A stretch of 60,000 bases of DNA. Origin: Laetmonice hystrix. Its lineage: Eukaryota. Made by a program: the position numbers and the translations under genes. Every line of letters begins with the position of its first letter. Positions within the stretch are counted from its first letter, which is position 1. The stretch lies in assembly GCA_965235115.1 (NCBI GenBank), contig OZ249436.1, forward strand, positions 53,508,001 through 53,568,000, given 5' to 3'. The notes beneath the pieces are model-generated. The model saw only the letters and a program-made list of their open reading frames with translations. It was not told where the DNA came from and made no database searches. Shown here piece after piece: positions 50,398-60,000 of this stretch.

Positions 50398-51115
50398 TGA
50401 GGTGGTATTGGTGCCATCCTGCAGCCCATGTGGAGTTGGTGTTGGTGCCGTCCTGCAGCCCATGTGGAGGTGGTGTTGGTGCTATCCTACAGCCCATCGG
50501 GAGGTGGTGTTGGTGCCATCCTACAACCCATCGGGAGTTGGTATTGGTGCCATCCTACAGCCCATGTGGAGGTGGTGTTGGTGCCGTCCTGCAGCCCATG
50601 TGGAGGTAGTGTTTGTGCCATGCTACAACCCATATGGAGGTGGTGTTGGTGCCGTCCTGCAGCCCATGTGGAGGTGGTGTTAGTGCCATCCTACAGCCCA
50701 TGTGGTGTTGGTGCCGTCCTGCAGCAAATGTGGAGGTGGTGCTTGTGCCATGCTGCAACCCATATGGAGGTGATGTTGGTGCCATGCTGCAACCCATATG
50801 GAGGTGGTGTTGATACCATGCTGCAACCCAAATGGTGGTGGTGGTGTTGGTGCCATACTGCAGCCCATGTGGAGGTGGTGTTGGTGCCATGCTGCAACCC
50901 ATATGGAGGTGGTGTTGATACCATGCTGCAACCCATATGGTGGTGGCGGTGTTGGTGCCATACTGCAGCCCATATGGAGGTGGTGTTGGTGCCATGGAGG
51001 TAGTGTTGGTGCCATACTGCAGCCCATGTGGAGGTGGTGTTGGTGCCATATGGAGGTAGTGTTGGTGCCAAGCTGCAGCCCATGTGAAGGTGGTGTTGGT
51101 GCCATGCTGCAGCCG
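50398..51115. repeat. Minisatellite, ~34-bp unit, ~20 copies
   Basis: GGAGGTGGTGTTGGTGCCATCCTGCAGCCCATGT consensus with variants. Confidence 0.95.
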
Positions 51116-51653
51116 ATGCACCCCGGCTGTCCCCCTTGTGCGGCTGTTCGTGTCTACCCGACCGACCGACCGACCGACCCGTGGCCCGGATAGCTATATG
51201 TGCCGGGCGGCCGGAGTGGTGAGGACATGAGATGAAGGGGGGGGGGGGGACAGCCGCCTCGTCAGTCATAACGGCCGGGTTCTCGCGAGCCGGTAGACAG
51301 CCACTCTGGTCGGTTGGTCGTTAGGACAGGTATGTCGCACAGAGCACGGCCTGTCTGTGACGTATTCACACAGTGATGGAGACCTCTCTCCTGGTCACTG
51401 ACTGATGACTGACATAAGGCCATTCACGCTCAAAACTTTCCGCGAAGAGATACCGGCGAGTTGACTTTTATACACGGATTTGTGCGCAGGAGTTTGCCTT
51501 TGCACTGACTCAGTTACCGGCGTGGGAATGAGTATAGCGGAGGGCCGGTGCCTACCAGTACCAGGAAATGTGAGGGCAGGTCATCCGTGAATGAGGGCCA
51601 TGGGGGAGATAGATCACCCGTCCTGTGTGATCTAGTCCTACTCACTGAAGACA

Positions 51654-51688
51654 ATGATAGCTAATGGAAAACCAGCAAATCGTTCCAA
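51654..51688 (+). CDS. Candidate alternative first coding exon of the Rab11-FIP gene
   Basis: ACAATG start; MIANGKPANRS+AA|GTGAGT; phase 2 matches exon 7; CpG-rich upstream region. Confidence 0.45.
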
Positions 51689-52633
51689 GTGAGTTTGGTG
51701 CTGTGATTTTGGATCTCTAGCCATATTAAAACGATGCTAAGTACAGCTGGATATTTCGTAGTTGGTCTTGGGACTCAAGGTGTCACTTAAAAACGGAACC
51801 ACTGTGTCATTGTTGTGTCTGTGCACATGCCTGTGACTACGGCTGCGTGCCGGGTACGACCTGTTGCCTGGATTTAAAGGTCAGCTGGCTAATATTGAAG
51901 CCAAAGTCAGTTCTACTGTGTAAAAATTTTTCAACTTTTTTTGTTTATCTGAACTCAGTTCTGGTATATGGAGCTGACTCGGAACGAAATGAATTCCTCA
52001 CGAACCAGGTACTTCAATCTCAGGAGTTTCCCCGTCGACATATAGAAGCCCCCTTTATAGGCATTCCTAAAACTTGGCCTCAGGGATACGAAAACCCGAA
52101 CTTGAGGCTTCTGTGGGCCAGAAATATGTTATCTATGTGAAAGTTACCATATGTATGACAGTATCAGCTCTGTGATGCTGTTGATGAAGGTAAAATCAAG
52201 ATATTTAGATCAGGTATGTAGGCAGATGAACACTCTTATTTTAGGTGCACTGAAGTCAGGAATTCATTGGTCAGTAAAATCAGAACTACAGGTTGTCATA
52301 CTGTGAATTAAGTAAAATATTTCTAAGGCATGCAAAAAGATTAATTGTATGTAAATTATACAAACGACTTATCCCAAGGTTATGGGGATTGAAGTAAACT
52401 TTCAGCACCTTTTCACAGACTCTTCGTGATGTTTTAGGCCGGGGTGATTTCTGAATGTATTCATTTTGACACGTCATAAGTTCTTAGTGTCTCTCGCACG
52501 CTCTACCTACATGTGAAGGTATTTTTATTTTCCCACGAACATATTTAGTTTGTGATGTTTATGTTGTTTGGTTCTGCCTAGTTCTGTACGATGATGTACT
52601 CATCTTTGTTTGTTCTGTATCTGTGACTTCCAG

Positions 52634-52669
52634 TGCCAGTCGGCGGGTCACAACCAGTGGCCTGGCCAG
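52634..52669 (+). CDS. RAB11FIP4: Rab11-FIP3/4-like exon 7 (36-nt micro-exon)
   Basis: TTCCAG acceptor, CAG|GTAAGT donor; ASRRVTTSGLA; phase 2/2. Confidence 0.75.
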
Positions 52670-53923
52670 GTAAGTCTCACTGCTCTGATTTTTATTGGCT
52701 TCTCGCACAAAGCACCGTAACGCACACTGTGTTAACTAACACATGCCTCTGATGCTGTTAGTCAAGTTTGATTTTGCAGACCTCATATTTTGTTTAAGGT
52801 ACCTCTTTCACCGGCTTCTCATTCAAATGTAAATGGATTTCAATTTTTTTTAAATTTAGATTCCAAAACGTCTTATTGTGTAAGATATACTCCATGTTTG
52901 AAGTCGTCAGTATGGGTCTCTGACACTGGCCAGGTGCAAGCCACTGGTTACTGGTTAGAGTGTAGACCCCAACTGTTATCAAATTTCAAAGGTCTTACAC
53001 AACCCGTCACATTCGTTGGGTTGAATAGTGCCTTTCGTAGGGGTACAATAGGCTGACATTGAAGTGTCCTCTCAAGGACATCTAGAAAATGTGGCCATAT
53101 CTCAGAATTAAAATTTAAAGGCGAAGTGGATACAAATTGGTTCTGGCTGCTGAGCCTATTGTGATTATCAAAACGAGAGTTGCAATGAAATGAATGAGAG
53201 AGCTACATCTACATCTATGGAGGTTGGCAGCAAGAGTCGTACATCATTGGCCTGTTGTGTTGTCGGTTTGTAGTGGGTGAATATCAAGTAGTGTACCAGT
53301 ATGTATCAAAAGTTAACGGACACAGCACAACCTGTTTCACTCTGCCACTAAAAGTTCAGTTCTACAATTAATCAGACATTCTGTTTCAATATAAAACATC
53401 TCTAGTAACTGACTGCCACTTCCATGTTATCTGCTGCGTGACTCTCCGCCACTAATTCCGCCTAAAGATGAGTCATATATTCAGGACATCTAAAATATCT
53501 TTAAACTCTCCGTATCTAATTCGTTGTCTTACTAATATTAGAGTCACCAACGACCGCCACGGCATGAGTATCTGTAGGCTACTTGCTATTCCGGGGCAAT
53601 TACAAAGGATTCAATCCCCCATTTTTAAAAGGGGTTCCAGAGTTTTTAGTTCTAAAGTTTCCTACCATATATGAAGAAAAATACGTAAATTGCAAGCCGG
53701 CGGAATTTGCATAGTCCATGCATTTCTGACACACCCTACTTAACAAATGACGGTTTATAACTACCGAATGTTTTAACATAGAAGAGAGAATGTACTACAG
53801 ATGGTTTTGGTAACTGAAAACCGTACACTTTAATGTACAGTGTTTCCTTTCCGTCAGCCGCTGTTGGAAAAGGCTGCGACCATAGGACATGGGCACTCTA
53901 TTATATTTTTGTATGTCTTGCAG

Positions 53924-54038
53924 CCAACTTTTCCGAGGGGTCGGAGTCGGATCTTCGGCTGGAACGAGTCGTCGAAGTAGCTGCTCTGATGAAGTGTTTG
54001 ATGACATAGATGGTAATCTCATGGAACTTAATGATAAG
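53924..54038 (+). CDS. RAB11FIP4: Rab11-FIP3/4-like exon 8
   Basis: TTGCAG acceptor; QLFRG...MELNDK; AAG|GTAAGC donor, phase 0. Confidence 0.82.
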
Positions 54039-54487
54039 GTAAGCTCGCCTTTCATTGAGGACGTCTTTCTGTGAGCAAATTGGTATTTTACTTTCAGATA
54101 ATAAATTATTAAAGGTTGACTTTGGTGCACTAGAATGGTTAGAGATAACTTCTGGATGACTTGTCTCCAGTACCGACTAAAGTCCACCTTAGTCTGGTAG
54201 ATATAAAGTAACCCAATCTAAGGGTAGCTTTGTATAGCGAATGTGATGCGTGACCAGTTCAGTAAGCACTGACAAATCAAGAGAAGCTACAAAAAGCCAA
54301 GACTCCATTTCGCATGATGTCATGTTCCAGCCGTATGTGCAGAATGACAACAAACCACCGAGCGATGAAAGATTTGGGGAAATTTAATGAACAGTGCTGT
54401 CGTTCATATTTTTATATTACCCTATTGAATGGTACAATGCCGTTCGACCCCCAACTCCTGACTATAATCCTTCTCTGTGTTAAACAG

Positions 54488-54591
54488 GTGAAAAGATTAG
54501 AAGGCCAAATCGGTAATCTGTCTGACAGTCAACTCAAGAATGACCAGCGCCACCTCAGAATGAAGGACGAGAACAGTTATTTAATTGAACG
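54488..54591 (+). CDS. RAB11FIP4: Rab11-FIP3/4-like exon 9 (coiled coil)
   Basis: VKRLEGQIGNL...RMKDENSYLIE(R); GTAAGT donor, phase 2. Confidence 0.88.
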
Positions 54592-54986
54592 GTAAGTGAG
54601 ACTGTTGTGTCAGTAGGAAATCACATGGTGGCATCTTATGTCGATTGTATCTGTACCATGGCAATCGCTAATTCTGGGATAGATGGCCATCATTCCCAGA
54701 TATTATGATATTATGATATTATTGCACTTACACAGGTTCAAAAAGTAAGAACACATGTACATCAAAAGTAAGCACGACTGTCTAGCGAAAACTATAGATA
54801 TGTATCTTAAATTTATACTGGTCTGCTTATATCAGGACAGGATAAGGCCACTGTGTTCAGCCTCGCCTTGCATGTGACAGTTGCACTTGCAGTTCTCTGT
54901 GTGACAGAAATATATGGTACCACCTGCTGGTGATGGCTCCCTGCTGTGGCCTGTTGTGTAACATGTGTTTTAATATATTTTTGAAG

Positions 54987-55077
54987 AGTCCATATGTTGG
55001 AGGAACAGTTACGAGATGTGGAAGTTAAAGCCGGTAAAAGTCTGGAAGAAGAAAGGAGAAAACAACGGGATTTTATG
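54987..55077 (+). CDS. RAB11FIP4: Rab11-FIP3/4-like exon 10 (coiled coil)
   Basis: (R)VHMLEEQLRDVEVKAGKSLEEERRKQRDFM, the characteristic FIP3/4/nuf LEEQ segment; phase 2 to 0. Confidence 0.88.
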
Positions 55078-56523
55078 GTAAATATTGTATTGGATTGATC
55101 ATTTTATACACTAAGGAGTTTTAGCTTGGTAATTTTCGTAGGACCACAAAAATGTGATATGGGGAGGAGACCTACCCGTAGTCGGGGAGATCACAGCCTC
55201 CGAGGCAGGAGGCAAAATGGGAGAAGTCACAAGGTGCCCTTTCTCAAATTTAAAACGGTTCAAAAATTTAAATGCAAATTTCAGAATTCATATGTCGTCA
55301 TGGGCAATTTCTTCCAAGTAATCAACAAATTTGCTGTAGGTTGAACGGTACACCAGCATCATTAGTAGATTGTATTTTATTGTCGGAGTGTGAGACATGC
55401 CCTCATGTAATAATATTGAAGTGAATCTGGGTTAGCTGTAGGATAAATATCACCCATAGACCTTCCGTCGAGTGTACTTAATCAACTTCTCTCCATGTCA
55501 TGTTACACGTAACTAATACCCCTTGAGATTAGTGGAAAGCTTCCTCGCGGCGTAAAAACAAGTTGACAATCACAATACAGCGGCACCCGGGCGTTGGCTC
55601 TGACTGATCCCACGTTTGTAAACTAAAGAGATGGAGACAACAGTGGAAACGTTATATTTCTGGCTTCAGCCACTTTTTTATCCATCATACATCAAAGCCA
55701 CACAATAGTGTGACTGTCAATGGAATACTACAGAAAACTAAAGTGTTTGCTGTGAAAGTTCACGTCGAGGTGTTTGAGGACTTAGCTCGGTAACTTTCCT
55801 TTTACATATTTCAAATATTGAATATTTGAAAGTTTAATTTTCAAGTCCCACTGACGCGCTTAAAGGCCCTAAGCCGTGGAGACTATGCCAGTGGATTTGG
55901 CGTTTACACCCCCATACACTGACCTGTTTTGAGTGTCAGCTTAGCTGGAGGGTGTGACCAACACAGCGTCGGGCATGTGAAGGCGGCCTCGGTGCTAACA
56001 GTAACAAGTGGGTTACATATGTGAAGGTCACTGAGGAATTGTTTTAGAAATAGCAGGGTGGGTCTACATTTGAATTGCAGTCGGGTGAGTGGACTACATG
56101 CACAGACTTTGTTCAGAGGAGAACGTGATCGGATCAGGGGAATACACACGGTTCTGAGGAGTAATCAGTTGGATCTGAGGAGTACCCAGCGAACAGAGGA
56201 GTTCAATTAGTTTAACTTTTTGTCTGTGGCCTGCAGCAGTCAGTTTTGAATTCCAGTTCGACAGTCCGGTTTACAACATTTGATTCACAGTACATGTACG
56301 TTGGAATAGCAGTTCGGACAGTTAAAAGACTGTCATGCCGTTGGATTGACACCTGTGATGGGTAACATGTAATTTATACACAAAAATCAGTCTATGGTAA
56401 GGAAGAAACGCCATTACATTTTGTTGGAGAATTTTGGGATGCAGCTAGATCTGGCCAGTGCTGGTAGAATGTGAAAGCCTGTGGATTGACCATAGTCTGT
56501 ACTACTGCAAGTGGATGTAAGAC

Positions 56524-57555
56524 ATGTCTTTGACACCGGACATTACGTCAGAGGAATTACGCGAAACTTCCATCCCGTCTCAGTGTGATAATGATGCGGT
56601 TCTCCAGGGGATCGTCTCCAGTGTCCAGCAAGAGATGTCAGACCCATGTTTTGTCCTGGAGAAAGAAACGTTGGACTCGGAGGATGAGACAGGAAGCCAA
56701 CCCAAACATTTCCAACATGCTCACCAAAGGTCTGAAGACAGTAGGCGGGAAATTGTGGAAATTCAAAAACTGCACCAAGATTACCGAGAGGAGCTGAAGA
56801 CCATCAAGGGTGAACTCGCCCAGGAGAGGGAGCTCAGGAAACTGGCTGAAAGAGAACGAAGTGATGCCAATGAAAAGGCAGAATCTTTAAAGGACTCCCT
56901 GGCTGAAAGCCAGTATGAGCTGAGGTCCAGATTAAAGGCCTCTCAGGTCAGTGATGAACAGCTGAAGGTCGACCTCCGGCACACAGACACGGAACGAAAG
57001 AAAGTGCAGGAAGAGAACTCGCTCCTCAAGATGCAGATAGAGAGCCTCCATAAAGAACTGGGATGTCTGCGTTTGAGATGTTTGATGGTGAAATCTGTGC
57101 AGAGTCGAGAGGTTGGACACCCAACCCAGACTGGGGGTCGGGAGGAAGGACAGCTTCAGGACCACGCCTCGTCACGCTGTGGTCCGGGGGAGAATGAGTT
57201 ACGGTGGTACGAGGATCAGGAGGAGGAGGAAGAGGAGGAGGAGGAGGAGGAGGAAGAGGAGGAGGAAGAAGAACTGGAGTGGGAGGGACAGTACGACACT
57301 GAACTGATGGGAATACACGTACTCCATTCTCTGTCGACTTCAGCGCAGGAAAAAATTCCCATCATAACTTCAGGACCCCCAAAACACCAAGCTAACCGCG
57401 GCAGGCATTATACACAGGAGTACTCCAGGGTGGACCTGGAGCGAACGGGTCATGAGAGAGGTTATTGCGTACGATTGGAGGACGTAACATGGGGAATGCC
57501 ACAGTGCATCCGAAAATATCCACTCAATAATGCACAAAATGCAGTTGACAGTGCG
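56524..57555 (+). CDS. Large alternative exon (coiled coil + poly-Glu) of the Rab11-FIP gene
   Basis: 350-codon ORF in intron 10; GCG|GTGAGT phase-0 donor at 57556 is in frame with exon 11. Confidence 0.65.
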
Positions 57556-57628
57556 GTGAGTTTGACCAAATATTAACCCGAAGTTAAAGGTTCACATTAT
57601 TCATAGACTCCGAGAGATAATGTAATTG

Positions 57629-57802
57629 CAGTGGCGGATTTAGGTCGAGCACAACCTCCCCCCCCCCCCCGATTTTTTTCAAATTGGAAGGTCTCTCCAT
57701 ACTGAGAGTTGAGTTGAGCTGACCCCTGCCCATCCACCCACACAGTTGTGCCCCCCCCCCCCCACCCCCGCCCCCCAAAAAAGATTCTTGGACCGGCCAC
57801 TG
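57629..57802. mobile_element. GC-rich MITE (CAGTGGC termini)
   Basis: CAGTGGCGGAT...CCGGCCACTG with poly-C tracts; no clean TSD. Confidence 0.6.
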
Positions 57803-58487
57803 TATAGTATAGGTATAGCGGTGTTTCCCTTCCCTATGGCTGCGAAGGGGTGTCCGTCTTACTAAGGCTGGTTAACGTTAAGTTAACATAGCAGTGAATT
57901 GTGGCTGTAACCAGCAGCCTTTCATTCACTCCTATATGTTAACTTAACGATCTGGTTATTAACCAGCCTTGGCATTTGATCGAGTGACTTGTAATGACGA
58001 TTTCTTTAAATCAGTGACATCTGGCGGTTTTTGCCAGAACTTACTGTAGCTGTGTAGGTGTCACTTCGTTTGCAAGAGCGGAAACTCCAAAGGCCAGTAC
58101 TGTAGACCATATGAAACGTTTTGAAAAACAGCTGTGCTATAACGGTCCTGGTATAAAGTATAGAGTAAAAATCTTCAAATCATTGTTGTATTGCATAATT
58201 GCATACCCGTGACCGTTAGAGCTGATTAAGATTTCCCCTGTCGCTTGAAAAATAAATCCTATTAGGATTTGACGGTTTTGTAAAGATGTCTTAGCGCCAT
58301 GACATGTCGAATTTACACTAACAATTAAGCTAATATATAGGAAGGTGACCGACTTCTAGAGACCAGTGTTATTTCTCACTTTTTATTCTTTCTCATCGAG
58401 TTGGGTTATTTTGCCAAATCAAAGCACATCATGTAGCTCTGACGTTGCTCGATCTTCCTGAATGGAGGTTGACTATAGTCTTCGTGC

Positions 58488-58615
58488 TGTATGTGAGAAA
58501 CTGTCATTTTCTGGCTTCACGGTCGGTGGTTTCACCGCCAACGGAGTTCTCCTCAACCAGTCAAAATAACTGCCTCGATATGACCCTGGATGTTGCTGAG
58601 GCGTAAAACCCGAAT
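58488..58615 (+). mobile_element. Diverged 3' fragment of the SINE at 26648-26917
   Basis: GGTCGGTGGTTTC...GATATGACCCTGG...GCGTAAAACCC. Confidence 0.65.
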
Positions 58616-59042
58616 CTCTGTTAGCGGTTTCTTCCTGAAACACGACCCTCGGGTCTAAGGTCGGACCTCGGTGGAGGTGTTTCTTATCGTCCATGTGTTA
58701 GGTGGTATAGGACCATTGGTTGCAGGAAGATGTGGACAGAGGTTTCTATAAGTAGGACGGTCAACATCGCCACATTGGGGGAAGCTACGACATTCTCGTT
58801 ACACACCAGTGCAACCCGTTAATGTGTGCCCGTACCAGGAACTACTCTGAATGCAGGCCTGGCGGACAAAATGGAGTCTCCTGCCCTCTTTTATGCGCTC
58901 CTTGTAAGGCTGTCACCGTAGACTTACCCCTTTTCTCTTTCTTCACGGAGGAACTACAAGATAATATTTTTCATTGTTTGTGTATTGTCTGCGATTTACA
59001 AAACTATTATTGTTATGGCTGTTGTTTTTTCTTTTATTTCAG

Positions 59043-59092
59043 TCCCGCACAGACAAGGATAAGACCCAAGAAATAGAACTTCTACGAGTAAG
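59043..59092 (+). CDS. RAB11FIP4: Rab11-FIP3/4-like exon 11; gene continues beyond the window
   Basis: TTTCAG acceptor; SRTDKDKTQEIELLRV(R); AG|GTAAGG donor. Confidence 0.85.
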
Positions 59093-59577
59093 GTAAGGGC
59101 TTTATAAAATCAGGGGCAAATTCAGGATTTTCCAAGGCCAGTGTAGGCCGTTTGATAGAAGTCACTTGGCCCAACTAGCCTCCAGTCACTATATATGTCT
59201 GATCGTTCTACATTAGTAGTCCATTATCATATATGGTGGTTTATGTTTCTTAAAAATGTTTTTTTATTTAGTTATTTATTTTAATTTTATTTTTCTGGTG
59301 GTCTGAACTAAGTGACTAAATTGGACGATGTTCAATGCACGGTGAATCGTGGGACATGGGGGATTTTGTTTTAAGTCATGATGAAACTCTGAGTCCCGGT
59401 TTCGCGGGAGGAGAGGGAAAACTTCCTATAGACATAGGATCAAGGGTTACTGGGAATTACAGTAAGACGGGCCAATAATTGCCGGATATATTCTGGCAGG
59501 CAGGAGGTGTTGGCACGGCTGTGCCCACAACAATAGCCAGGCCAGTGTTGATATATGTTGTTTGAGTTGTGTGTTGG

Positions 59578-59679
59578 TGTATCTTCGAGGTCCCCATTGT
59601 ATCTTCGAGGTCCCCATTGTATCTTCGAGGTCCCCATTGTATCTTCGAGGTCCCCATTGTATCTTCGAGGTCCCCATTG
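59578..59679. repeat. Perfect 20-bp tandem repeat, five copies
   Basis: TGTATCTTCGAGGTCCCCAT. Confidence 0.95.
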
Positions 59680-60000
59680 ACAGACCATTTTGGCAGAGCC
59701 GCTTTGCTGCAAGAAGATATACTATAAGGAACAAGCTGTAATGATGCTAAACTTAGTGCGATCCTCACATTAGGTCAGATTCAGAACGCCAAAACATAAG
59801 CCTACTTATGGTCAGATTACCGTGTTTGTAAATTTGTATTTTAATCTGGATCCTACTAGGATAAGCAGCAAGGAAGATCGAATGTCAATAAGGATAAAGC
59901 AGTCTTTACAAAGCGTGACTTAGGAGTCTATACTTGGATTCAAAATACCGAGTGGATGTAAAGGATTGTCATTGTTAAACTCTGTGTCTGTGTCTGGGTT

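Noticed and set aside
50370..51269. Many long overlapping ORFs (Cys/Trp/His-rich)
   Set aside because: Products of the 34-bp minisatellite read in all frames; no gene-like structure.
59440..59768. ORFs with repeated peptides; CRISPR-like appearance
   Set aside because: Head-to-tail 20-bp tandem repeat with no spacers, in a eukaryotic intron.

Overview
Eukaryotic (animal, probably marine invertebrate; taxon not determinable here) genomic DNA with GT-AG introns and many non-autonomous transposons. Three protein-coding genes are supported, all on the + strand. (1) A three-exon gene (8535-14802) that the ORF track splits up. It encodes a ~259-aa secreted protein with a signal peptide, an acidic/Thr/His/Pro low-complexity spacer and a C-terminal six-cysteine CC-C-C-CC module resembling a stand-alone anaphylatoxin (C3a/fibulin-type) domain. 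This is the most novel item. (2) An ankyrin-repeat + SOCS-box (ASB-type) gene encoded almost entirely by one exon (22011-23564). Its probable promoter and first exon lie between the two ends of a repeat element. (3) The 5' eleven exons of a class II Rab11 family-interacting protein (RAB11FIP3/4, nuf-like) gene from 29274 past the window end, with candidate alternative first/cassette exons, including a 1-kb coiled-coil/poly-Glu exon. Intergenic and intronic DNA holds TTAA-flanked (Kolobok-like), TWA-flanked (Harbinger-like), TA-flanked (Tc1/mariner-like) and 5-bp-TSD MITEs, LINE remnants, a tRNA-derived SINE and minisatellites. All gene models were read by eye from splice signals and phase consistency; no database searches were run.
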